Positions 17,563-25,356 of a stretch of 64,000 nt of DNA are shown one piece after another. The notes below the pieces were generated by a model, which was not told the origin of the DNA, made no database searches, and was given only the letters and a program-made list of their open reading frames with translations. A program made the position numbers and the translations under genes. Location: assembly GCA_018713165.1 (NCBI GenBank), contig DVFR01000046.1, positions 6,637 to 70,636 of the forward strand, read 5' to 3'. Origin of the DNA: Candidatus Coproplasma stercoravium. Its GTDB lineage: Bacteria; Bacillota; Clostridia; Christensenellales; Borkfalkiaceae. Within the stretch, counting starts at the first letter, position 1. Every line of letters starts with the position of its first letter.

Positions 17563-18933
17563 ATGCTGAGTACAGACTGCGAATTTCTCCGCCCTGAAAT
17601 TATGGACGTTCTGCGCCTTTTCGGCGCCGGGGAGAGGGATTTTTCCCACACGTTCGCGCGCGAGGGCGACAAGTTTATAAATACGGTAGAGTGCGGCGGA
17701 AAAACAAAAACTTTTTCCGACGAATGGCGCGCCGCAACCGAAACAGAGTTCAGGCGGTGCGCAAAGCGTTCGGCAAAGCTCGCGTTTTACCTGTATCTTT
17801 CGGCCGAAAGCGGCACGCATTTCCCGTGGGGCGCGCTCACGGGCATACGCCCGACCAAAATTGCGTACGCCGAGCTTGCCGAGGGGCGCGACTTTGCCCC
17901 GCTGTTCAAAAAATTCTGCGTTTCCGACGAAAATATCGCAATTATCCGCCGCGTGCTTAAAGCGCAGAGTGCAATTTACAACAAAAACAAGGGGAGCGGG
18001 GAGGATATTTTTATCAGCCTGCCCTTCTGCCCCACAAAGTGCGAATACTGCTCGTTCATCACCGCGCCCGTCGCGGCGGTGCAAAAGTATATCCCGCAGT
18101 ACGTCGACTGCCTCATCGAGGAGATAAAAGAGCTCAAAGGCGTTATAACCAAAATCAACTCGGTGTACATAGGCGGCGGCACGCCGTTCTGCATGACGGA
18201 AGAACAATTAACCCGCATATATGCCGCAATTAACGGGCTTAATACAGGCGACGCCGAGTTCACCGTTGAGGCCGGAAGGCCCGACACGTTCACCGAAGAA
18301 AAGTTAAAGCTCACCAAAGACGCGGGCGCGACGCGCATATGCGTTAACCCCCAGTCGTTCTCCGATAAAACTCTCGCGGCAATCGGCAGAAAGCACACTG
18401 CGGCAGATACGCTCGCCGCATACGATATGGCAAAAAAATACGGCTTCGATATCAATATCGACCTGATTGCGGGACTTTCGGACGAGGGCGTCGCCGAATT
18501 TGAAAAGTCGCTGAATACGGCGGTCGGCTTAAACCCTGCAAATATCACCGTCCATTCGCTTTGTTTAAAGGCGGGCTCTAAGTTAAAGGAGCACACCTCG
18601 CGCATAGAGGGCGGCGACGTTGACGGCATGATAGCCCTCTCGCGTTCCTTGCTCACCTCGGCGGGGTACGAGCCTTATTATCTGTACCGCCAGAAGTACC
18701 AGGCGGGCGCCAACGAAAATATCGGCTGGGCAAAACCGGGCAAGGTGTGCGTTTATAACGTCGGCACTATGGAGGAGATAAGCTCCAACATAGCCGTCGG
18801 CGCGGGCGCAATCTCCAAGCGCGTGTATTCGGAGGAAAACAGGATAGAGCGCCTCGCTTCCCCCAAAGATATCCCCACATATTTAAATAAGTATAGAGAG
18901 ATTATTTCAAAGCGCGCCGCACTGTTCGGCTGA
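17563..18933 (+). CDS. hemZ: HemN-family radical SAM protein (coproporphyrinogen dehydrogenase HemZ-like)
   Basis: 456 aa. Has the motif CPTKCEYCSF and a HemN-like C-terminal domain. Confidence 0.75.
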   Translation: MLSTDCEFLRPEIMDVLRLFGAGERDFSHTFAREGDKFINTVECGGKTKTFSDEWRAATETEFRRCAKRSAKLAFYLYLSAESGTHFPWGALTGIRPTKIAYAELAEGRDFAPLFKKFCVSDENIAIIRRVLKAQSAIYNKNKGSGEDIFISLPFCPTKCEYCSFITAPVAAVQKYIPQYVDCLIEEIKELKGVITKINSVYIGGGTPFCMTEEQLTRIYAAINGLNTGDAEFTVEAGRPDTFTEEKLKLTKDAGATRICVNPQSFSDKTLAAIGRKHTAADTLAAYDMAKKYGFDINIDLIAGLSDEGVAEFEKSLNTAVGLNPANITVHSLCLKAGSKLKEHTSRIEGGDVDGMIALSRSLLTSAGYEPYYLYRQKYQAGANENIGWAKPGKVCVYNVGTMEEISSNIAVGAGAISKRVYSEENRIERLASPKDIPTYLNKYREIISKRAALFG

Positions 18934-18952
18934 GCTGTTTGTTTTGAAATGA

Positions 18953-18999
18953 AACGCCGCCGAGGGCACAAAAATGTGCCCTCGGCGGCGTTGTTTATT
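18953..18999 (+). terminator. intrinsic terminator after hemZ
   Basis: A 17-bp stem AACGCCGCCGAGGGCAC-aaaaat-GTGCCCTCGGCGGCGTT followed by gtttatt. Confidence 0.7.
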
Positions 19000-19087
19000 G
19001 TGTAAATAAAACCCGCGGTTAGTTCGTGGCAGTATAATTATTTGTCGGTGAGAAGAAGTGGCGGCAGAAGTAACCGGCGCCCTCTCG

Positions 19088-19166
19088 TCCCCCTTTTAAA
19101 GGGGGAGAATTCAGTCCCCAAACTTGTCCCCCTTTTTAAAGGGGGAAATTAAAAGGGGGATTCAAG
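19088..19166 (+). repeat. two C5-T/A-G5 hairpins plus a terminal aattaaaagggggatt module (variant of the array family)
   Basis: tcccccttttaaaggggga (19088-19106) and tccccctttttaaaggggga (19127-19146) are followed by aattaaaagggggattcaag. Confidence 0.75.
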
Positions 19167-19252
19167 AGAGAATAAAATGGGAATTCAAGGAAGAATCAAA
19201 AGAGGATAGACTTCTGATTAATTCTATACTGCAACAATCAATCTATCCTTCT

Positions 19253-19302
19253 GTCACGGCTTCACTCCGTTCGCCCGTGACACCTCCCTTAATCAAAGGG
19301 AG
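19253..19302 (-). repeat. repeat family W, copy 5 (variant)
   Basis: gtcacggcttcactccgttcgcccgtgacacctcccttaatcaaagggagg. Confidence 0.6.
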
Positions 19303-19314
19303 GCAAGTTGAAGT

Positions 19315-19518
19315 TCAATCTTCCAGCCCTAATAAATAATCACTGGTCACGCCAAAATATTTGGCGATTATAACTACGGCTTCGGCAGAGGGCACACGCA
19401 AATCATTTTCCCAAAACGTAATAGTTGTTCTGGGTATTCCTGTCTGCCGTGAAAGCTCACCTTGAGAAATTCCACGTTCGCTTCTCAGTTCTTTTAATCT
19501 TTCTGCAAAAATTTTCAT
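19315..19518 (-). CDS. XRE-family helix-turn-helix transcriptional regulator
   Basis: 67 aa. MKIFAERLKELRSERGISQGELSRQTGIPRTTITFWEND is a Cro/CI-type HTH. Confidence 0.8.
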   Translation of the reverse strand: MKIFAERLKELRSERGISQGELSRQTGIPRTTITFWENDLRVPSAEAVVIIAKYFGVTSDYLLGLED

Positions 19519-19524
19519 TGCAAA

Positions 19525-19728
19525 CTAATCTTCCAAGCCCAAAAGATAATCACTTGTTACGCCAAAATATTTGGCTAAAACAATGAGAGCCTCACCCGAA
19601 GGTGACCTTATACCACTTTCCCAGTGTGTTATTGCGCCCTGCGTAAGACCAACCGCCTTTGCAAGTTCTCGTTGCGATAATCCTTTTTCAATTCTTAGTT
19701 CTTTTAATCTTTCCGCAAACTTTTCCAT
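19525..19728 (-). CDS. XRE-family helix-turn-helix transcriptional regulator (tandem paralogue)
   Basis: 67 aa. MEKFAERLKELRIEKGLSQRELAKAVGLTQGAITHWESG. It shares the same C-terminal AKYFGVTSDYLLGLED as its neighbour. Confidence 0.8.
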   Translation of the reverse strand: MEKFAERLKELRIEKGLSQRELAKAVGLTQGAITHWESGIRSPSGEALIVLAKYFGVTSDYLLGLED

Positions 19729-19761
19729 AATTAAAAATTACTACATTTGTATTCAATATAG

Positions 19762-19791
19762 TTGACATAATACAACTGTATTCTGTATAAT
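19762..19791 (+). promoter_or_regulatory. consensus promoter of the 19810 ORF with an operator-like palindrome in its spacer
   Basis: TTGACA, 18 nt, TATAAT. AATACA-ac-TGTATT (19769-19782) lies inside the spacer, and a related ACTACA-tt-TGTATT sits at 19740-19753. Confidence 0.55.
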
Positions 19792-19809
19792 AACATCGGA
19801 GGTGACGAA

Positions 19810-20046
19810 ATGGAAAATACTTTGCTCGATATGCTCTGTGTTTGGCTGGGACAGGATAGGTCGTTCTTTAAAATGAGCGGAGAGGAGTCGGATTTCCTCG
19901 GCGAGATAGACGGGCTCTACATGTATTTTTTAAAAAACTTAAATAAAGAGGACGCCGAAAAGTTTAAAAAACTCTGCGCCTCCTTCGACGGGCTGGTGAG
20001 CGAAGAGGCGGGGCATATTTTAAAATGGGTTTTAAGTTTGCCTTAA
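19810..20046 (+). CDS. hypothetical small helical protein, divergent from the XRE pair
   Basis: 78 aa. The SD ggaggtg lies 5 nt upstream and a consensus promoter precedes it. I see no recognisable domain. Confidence 0.5.
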   Translation: MENTLLDMLCVWLGQDRSFFKMSGEESDFLGEIDGLYMYFLKNLNKEDAEKFKKLCASFDGLVSEEAGHILKWVLSLP

Positions 20047-20118
20047 AACTCGCCGCCGAGTGCTTCGTGCAATAGAGCGCGCCGCCTCAGCCGAGTGCCG
20101 ATAGCCTGAACTGCACAT

Positions 20119-20170
20119 GCCTCCCCTTGCATAGGGGAGGTGGCACGCATTGCGTGACGGAAGGGTAGAT
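20119..20170 (+). repeat. repeat family W, copy 2
   Basis: gcctccccttgcataggggaggtggcacgcattgcgtgacggaagggtagat. Confidence 0.85.
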
Positions 20171-20229
20171 GCGCTCCGAAAATTGCGGCAACAGCGCTAA
20201 AAAACTGTTTTAATTATAGCCGTAAACGC

Positions 20230-20258
20230 TTGCTATTTTAAAGCGCATATGCTAAAAT
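20230..20258 (+). promoter_or_regulatory. sigma-A-type promoter candidate for rpsO
   Basis: TTGCTA, 17 nt, TAAAAT. Confidence 0.45.
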
Positions 20259-20347
20259 ATCCTCGTTACGGGTACAACGCGGTGCGAATACTCCACGCCC
20301 GACTTTGTTCGCCGCATATAAAATTCCATTCAGGAGGATAATTTAAA

Positions 20348-20602
20348 ATGGATAAGCAGGAAATCATTGCAAAATTTGCAACCAAGGAAGGCGACACGGG
20401 TTCTCCCGAAGTTCAGATAGCCCTTCTCACCGAGAGGATTAACCACCTCAACGAGCATCTCAAAGTTCACATTCACGACAATCACTCCCGCAGAGGCCTT
20501 CTCAAAATGGTAGGTCGCCGCCGCGGTCTTCTCGACTACCTTAAATCTAAGGATATCGAGAGATACCGTGCCGTTATCGCTGCTTTGAACTTGAGAAAGT
20601 AA
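20348..20602 (+). CDS. rpsO: 30S ribosomal protein S15
   Basis: 84 aa. Contains [45 protein letters not shown]. Confidence 0.95.
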   Translation: MDKQEIIAKFATKEGDTGSPEVQIALLTERINHLNEHLKVHIHDNHSRRGLLKMVGRRRGLLDYLKSKDIERYRAVIAALNLRK

Positions 20603-20616
20603 TTTTAACGTACATG

Positions 20617-20650
20617 AAAAAGAGCGCTGTTTTTCTGTCGCTCTTTTTTT
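20617..20650 (+). terminator. intrinsic terminator or attenuator between rpsO and pnp
   Basis: AAAAAGAGCG-(12 nt)-CGCTCTTTTT followed by tt. Confidence 0.7.
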
Positions 20651-20713
20651 CATAAATTTGCCTTCGGCGGGGTCGCCGCGGGCGCAAGAACAGACAAGGA
20701 GTAGATAATTTAA

Positions 20714-22810
20714 ATGAAAGAAAGCAAAAAATTCACAATGGAAGTAGGGGGCAGAGAAGTCGTAATCGAAACCGGCAAATATGCCGAGCAGGCTAACGGC
20801 GCGTGCGTAGTGCGCTGCGGCGACACCGCGGTGCTCGTCACCGTCTGCATGTCCGCTACCCCCAGGGAGGGCATGGATTTCTTCCCTCTCCAGGTAGACT
20901 ATGACGAAAAAATGTACTCCGTCGGCAAAATTCCCGGCGGCTTCAAAAAGCGCGAAGGCAGGGCAAGCGACAAGGCAATACTCACCGCAAGGCTTATCGA
21001 CCGTCCCCTTCGTCCGCTCTTCCCCAAGGGGCTGTATAACGACGTAACGGTGGTTGCGCAGGCGCTCTCCGTAGAGCCCGACGTTTCCCCCGAACCCCTC
21101 GCAATGATAGGTTCGTCGGTTGCGCTCTCCATCTCCGATATCCCCTGGGCGGGCCCCACGGGTTCGGTAGTTGTGGGCATGGTCGACGGCAAGTACGTGA
21201 TAAACCCCGACCTCGCGCAGAGGCACGCAAGCACCATTCACCTCAACCTTGCAGGCACGCGCGACGCCATCTTGATGATAGAGGCGGGCGCAGACGAGGT
21301 TTCCAACGAGGAAATGGTCGGCGCGATAATGTTCGGCCACGAAGAGATTAAAAAGATTTGCGCCTTCATCGAGGAAGTAATCGTTCCCGCAGTGGGCAAG
21401 CCCAAGAGGGAGATGGAGCTCTACCACATTCCCGAAGAGCTCGACAAGGCAGTCCGCGAATACGCCTCCGAAAAGATTGACTGGGCTATCGACACGTTCG
21501 ACAGGCAGGAGAGGGAGGCGCGCCAGGCGCAGGCAGAGAGCGAAGTTCTGGAGCACTTCGCCGACATTTATCCCGAAAACACGCGCGAGATAAAGGACAG
21601 CCTTTACTACCTCACCAAAGAAAAGGTTCGCGCAAAGATATTCGACAAGGGTATCCGTCCCGACGGCAGGGGACTCAAAGAAGTTCGTCCCATCTGGTGC
21701 GAGCGCCACGTTCTTCCCCGCGTTCACGGCAGCGCCGTGTTCACCCGCGGACAGACCCAGACCCTTACGACCTGCACCCTTGCAATGCTTTCCGAGGCGC
21801 AGAGGCTCGAAGGACTCGACGACGAGACGAGCAAGAGGTATATGCACCAGTACAACTTCCCCGGCTACTGCACGGGCGAGGCAAAGGCTCTCCGCAGCCC
21901 CGGCAGGCGCGAGATAGGTCACGGCGCGCTTGCAGAGCGCGCGCTCATTCCCGTTCTTCCCTCCGAAGAGCAGTTCCCCTATGCCATAAGGGTGGTAAAC
22001 GACATACTTTCCTCCAACGGCTCCTCGTCGATGGCTTCGGTATGCGGCTCCACCATGGCGCTCATGGATGCGGGCGTTCCCATCAAAGCTCCCGTTGCGG
22101 GCGTAGCAATGGGTCTTATCAAAAACCAGGAGACGGGCGAGTTCAAAGTGCTCACCGATATCCAGGGCTTAGAGGACTTCCTCGGCGATATGGACTTCAA
22201 GGTAGCGGGCACCACAAAGGGCATCACCGCTATCCAGATGGATATTAAGATTAAGGGCATATCCGAAGAGATAATGCACACCGCAATCGACCAGGCAAAC
22301 GAGGGCAGGCAGTTCATTCTGTCAAAAATGCTCGAATGCGTTCCCGAAGTCGCTCCCGCGCTCTCGGTATACGCACCCAAGATTATCAGCTTCGAGATTG
22401 ACCCCGAAAAAATCGGCGACGTCATCGGCAAGCAGGGTTGCGTGATAAAGAAGATAATGGAGGAGACGGGCACCGAAATCGACTTCAACGACGACGATTC
22501 CGGCCGCGGCTACATCTCCACCACGGGCCCCATCGAGAATGCCGAAAAGGCGAAGGCGATAATAATGTCTATCGCGCACGACCCCGAAGTCGGCGACATG
22601 TTCGTCGGCACCGTAGTAAGAATTCTCACCTTCGGCGCATTCGTAGAGTTCGCGCCCGGCAAGGACGGCATGATTCACATCTCCAAGCTCTCCGACAAGC
22701 GAGTCGAAAAGGTTGAAGACGTGGTAAACATCGGCGACGTGGTAAAGGTAGAGATAATCAAGATAGGCGAAAAGGGCATCGACCTCAAGCTTCTCGAAAA
22801 ACTCTCTTAA
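20714..22810 (+). CDS. pnp: polyribonucleotide nucleotidyltransferase (PNPase)
   Basis: 698 aa. Two RNase PH domains followed by KH and S1 domains. rpsO is upstream. Confidence 0.95.
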   Translation: MKESKKFTMEVGGREVVIETGKYAEQANGACVVRCGDTAVLVTVCMSATPREGMDFFPLQVDYDEKMYSVGKIPGGFKKREGRASDKAILTARLIDRPLRPLFPKGLYNDVTVVAQALSVEPDVSPEPLAMIGSSVALSISDIPWAGPTGSVVVGMVDGKYVINPDLAQRHASTIHLNLAGTRDAILMIEAGADEVSNEEMVGAIMFGHEEIKKICAFIEEVIVPAVGKPKREMELYHIPEELDKAVREYASEKIDWAIDTFDRQEREARQAQAESEVLEHFADIYPENTREIKDSLYYLTKEKVRAKIFDKGIRPDGRGLKEVRPIWCERHVLPRVHGSAVFTRGQTQTLTTCTLAMLSEAQRLEGLDDETSKRYMHQYNFPGYCTGEAKALRSPGRREIGHGALAERALIPVLPSEEQFPYAIRVVNDILSSNGSSSMASVCGSTMALMDAGVPIKAPVAGVAMGLIKNQETGEFKVLTDIQGLEDFLGDMDFKVAGTTKGITAIQMDIKIKGISEEIMHTAIDQANEGRQFILSKMLECVPEVAPALSVYAPKIISFEIDPEKIGDVIGKQGCVIKKIMEETGTEIDFNDDDSGRGYISTTGPIENAEKAKAIIMSIAHDPEVGDMFVGTVVRILTFGAFVEFAPGKDGMIHISKLSDKRVEKVEDVVNIGDVVKVEIIKIGEKGIDLKLLEKLS

Positions 22811-22829
22811 AATTTAATTTATAAAGAAC

Positions 22830-22867
22830 GCCGCCGCGGCAAATGTTGCCGCGGCGGCTTATTTTTT
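22830..22867. terminator. bidirectional terminator between pnp (+) and cwlD (-)
   Basis: GCCGCCGCGGCAA-atg-TTGCCGCGGCGGC followed by ttatttttt. An A-rich run lies upstream. Confidence 0.75.
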
Positions 22868-22880
22868 AACTTGCCGCAAC

Positions 22881-23567
22881 TCAGCTGTAATAGCTCACCG
22901 CGCCGGCAAAAATGGCGTAGGCGACGGACTTGCGGTATTCGCTGTCGCACAAGAGAGCCTCATCCTCTGCGTTTGATAAAAAACCGCATTCGACTATCAC
23001 GGAGGGGCTGTCGGTGCATTTGAGCATATAATATTCGCCGACGAGAGGGCTGTGGCTCGTAGCCGCGTTCTCCATGGAGTTCATGCTGTTCTGTATGCAC
23101 ACGGCAAGCTGCTTTCCGCTCTCGCTGTCTTTGTCGAAAAACACGGTGGCGCCACGCCGCGTGCCGTCGGAATAAAAGTTCTGGTGCACGGAAATAACCA
23201 TATCGGCGCCGCATTCCTGTATTATATCGCGGCGCTTCTGCATATCGCGCAGCTTAAAGCCCTTCGTCGGCAGCCCATACAGCCCGGCCTGACTCTTTCT
23301 CGTAAGCACGACGCAAAATCCCGCGCTTTCGAAACAGCTTTTCAGCTCGTATGTTATCGCAAGGTTGATGTCGCTCTCTTTGATTCCGCTCTTTTTCCCG
23401 CGCACGCCCGAATCTATTCCGCCGTGCCCCGCGTCGAGCACAATCACGGGCGCATACGAAACGCTCGCCTCGGCAATGCCTTTGCACAGCGCGCCAGCCG
23501 CCGCGCTGAATACCATTATTGCCGCAAACAGCGCTGCCGCGCTCTTTTTAAGGGTAAACAATTTCAC
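22881..23567 (-). CDS. cwlD: N-acetylmuramoyl-L-alanine amidase (CwlD-like, amidase_3)
   Basis: 228 aa. N-terminal anchor, then VIVLDAGHGGIDSGV and SVHQN, ending in ECGFLSN. Confidence 0.7.
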   Translation of the reverse strand: MKLFTLKKSAAALFAAIMVFSAAAGALCKGIAEASVSYAPVIVLDAGHGGIDSGVRGKKSGIKESDINLAITYELKSCFESAGFCVVLTRKSQAGLYGLPTKGFKLRDMQKRRDIIQECGADMVISVHQNFYSDGTRRGATVFFDKDSESGKQLAVCIQNSMNSMENAATSHSPLVGEYYMLKCTDSPSVIVECGFLSNAEDEALLCDSEYRKSVAYAIFAGAVSYYS

Positions 23568-23629
23568 GCTATATACTACTGAACATTTGATTTTTTTATG
23601 CTTTGATGCTATAATAAAATAGATTAAAT

Positions 23630-24016
23630 ATGTTTGGTAAAGACGATTTTCTCGCGCCTGAAACCGCGCGCAGTTTAAGTCCCGTAACCCTCGCGTTCGT
23701 GGGCGACGCGGTATATTCGCTGTACGTGCGCGAACAGCTCGTGCGTTCTGCGGACTTCAAGGCGGGGCAACTGAATAAACTCTCTTCGCAAAAGGTATCG
23801 GCGCACGGACAGAGCGAACTTGCCGAAAGAATATTGCCCCTTTTAACCGAGGAGGAGGCGGAGGTGTACCGCCGCGGCAGGAACGCCAAAAAAACGGCGC
23901 GCGCCAAGCACGCCACCGTATCGGAATACAACCGCTCGACGGGGTTCGAGGCGGTTATGGGTTATCTGTACCTTACGGGCAGATACGACAGAATAGAAGC
24001 ACTTTTAAAGGACTGA
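23630..24016 (+). CDS. mrnC: mini-ribonuclease 3
   Basis: 128 aa. Contains LAFVGDAVYSLYVREQL and YRRGRNAK. Confidence 0.85.
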   Translation: MFGKDDFLAPETARSLSPVTLAFVGDAVYSLYVREQLVRSADFKAGQLNKLSSQKVSAHGQSELAERILPLLTEEEAEVYRRGRNAKKTARAKHATVSEYNRSTGFEAVMGYLYLTGRYDRIEALLKD

Positions 24017-24017
24017 A

Positions 24018-24737
24018 ATGAAAACAGAGGGCAGGAACGCCGTATTAGAACTTCTTAAAAGCGGCAAACCCGTTGAAAAAATAGTTATGGAAAAGGGCGC
24101 GCAGGGCTCGCTCGGCAGAATCTTCGCCGAAGCGCGCAAGGCGGGCGTGCGCGTGCAGTTCGCCGACACGAAGGCGCTCGACAGAATGAGTTCCACGGGG
24201 CACCACCAGGGCGTGATTGCCTTTGCCGCCGAATACGAATATTGCGACCTTGAGGACATAATAGAGGCAAAGGGCGCAAATGGCGGCTTCGTCATTCTGT
24301 GCGACGGGATAGAGGACGTGCACAACCTCGGCTCGATAATAAGGGTTGCGGAGTGCGCGGGCGCCGACGGCGTGGTAATTCCGTCGGTTAAGTCGGCGAG
24401 CGTGACGGAGGCGGTCATCCGCATTTCGGCGGGCGCGGCAAACCACGTTAAGGTGGCAAAAGTGCCCTCTGTCAACGCCGCCGTGGACAAACTCAAAAAC
24501 AGCGGCTACTGGCTGTATGCCCTGGAGGCGGACGGGCAGAGCATATACTCGGCCGACCTTTCGGGCAACATCGGGCTGGTGATAGGCGGGGAGGACAGCG
24601 GCGTTAAACGCCTCACGCGCGAAAAGTGCGACGGGGTTCTGTCGCTTCCCCTTTTGGGCAAAGTAAACTCCCTGAACGCCTCGGTGGCTCTCGGCATAGC
24701 CGCATACGAAGTGGTGAGATGCAGACTGAAAATTTAA
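24018..24737 (+). CDS. rlmB: 23S rRNA (guanosine-2'-O)-methyltransferase, SpoU/TrmH family
   Basis: 239 aa. SpoU motifs DGIEDVHNLGSIIR, LVIGGEDSGV and SLNASVA. Confidence 0.8.
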   Translation: MKTEGRNAVLELLKSGKPVEKIVMEKGAQGSLGRIFAEARKAGVRVQFADTKALDRMSSTGHHQGVIAFAAEYEYCDLEDIIEAKGANGGFVILCDGIEDVHNLGSIIRVAECAGADGVVIPSVKSASVTEAVIRISAGAANHVKVAKVPSVNAAVDKLKNSGYWLYALEADGQSIYSADLSGNIGLVIGGEDSGVKRLTREKCDGVLSLPLLGKVNSLNASVALGIAAYEVVRCRLKI

Positions 24738-25282
24738 GCGACGAGCGCCTCGCCGAACTCTCGCAGAGCGGCGACAAAAACGCAACTGAACTTTTGCTTA
24801 AAAGATATAAAAACGTCGTTCTCTCCGTCGCGCGCAGATTTTTTCTCTCTGGCGGTGAAACGGAAGATTTGGTTCAGGAGGGAATGTGCGGTCTGTATTC
24901 GGCAATCGGAGGATACTCTGAGGGCAAGTCGGGCTTTTCGTCGTACGCGACCCGCTGCATACGCAACCGCATTATCGACGCCGTCAAGGCGACTTCGGGC
25001 GCTAAACACTCGGCGCTCAACAATTTTCTGCCCATCGTAGAGGTGGGCGAGGAGCTCTATCCCTCGCGCCAGAACCCGGAGGACGAGCTGATAAAGCGCG
25101 AAAACAGGCGCGAATTTTTGCAGAAGATAAGCAAAAATCTCTCCTCGTTCGAGTTTCAGGTCACGGTAATGTATATGGACGGCTTAACCATGGCGGAGAT
25201 GTCGTCCTCGACGGGCAAGCCGATAAAGAGTATCGATAACGCCCTTCAGCGCGCCAAGCGCAAACTTTTAAAACTTCTGTAA
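24719..25282 (+). CDS. sigH: RNA polymerase sporulation sigma factor SigH
   Basis: I take the ATG at 24719 (MQTENLSDERLAEL..) as the start. It has sigma-70 region 2 (EDLVQEGMCGLYSAI) and region 4. The mrnC-rlmB-sigH order is conserved in Firmicutes. It overlaps rlmB by 19 nt. Confidence 0.8.
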   Translation: MQTENLSDERLAELSQSGDKNATELLLKRYKNVVLSVARRFFLSGGETEDLVQEGMCGLYSAIGGYSEGKSGFSSYATRCIRNRIIDAVKATSGAKHSALNNFLPIVEVGEELYPSRQNPEDELIKRENRREFLQKISKNLSSFEFQVTVMYMDGLTMAEMSSSTGKPIKSIDNALQRAKRKLLKLL

Positions 25283-25307
25283 AAAAGGCCGCATTTTGCG
25301 GTTTTTT
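25283..25307 (+). terminator. intrinsic terminator after sigH
   Basis: CCGCA-ttt-TGCGG followed by T6, with an A6 run on the 5' side. Confidence 0.55.
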
Positions 25308-25356
25308 ACATAACTTTAAGGCGCGCCGCGTGCGCGCAATTCAAGCGGAGCGGTAA

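Noticed and set aside
16738-20170. The two near-identical W copies as terminal repeats of a 3.4-kb mobile element carrying the MBL hydrolase, hemZ and the XRE genes.
   Set aside because: The copies are direct rather than inverted, and W occurs at several other unrelated sites. The enclosed relA-MBL-hemZ order is a conserved core arrangement and there is no transposase or integrase.
20330-21922. 530-aa ORF on the minus strand.
   Set aside because: It is antisense to rpsO and pnp, both of which have unmistakable protein signatures. Long stop-free antisense frames are expected with this G+C and codon bias. The same reasoning rejects 10241-11218(-), 14751-15590(-), 48947-50005(+), 57926-58840(-), 61406-62212(-), 17473-18207(-) and similar track entries.
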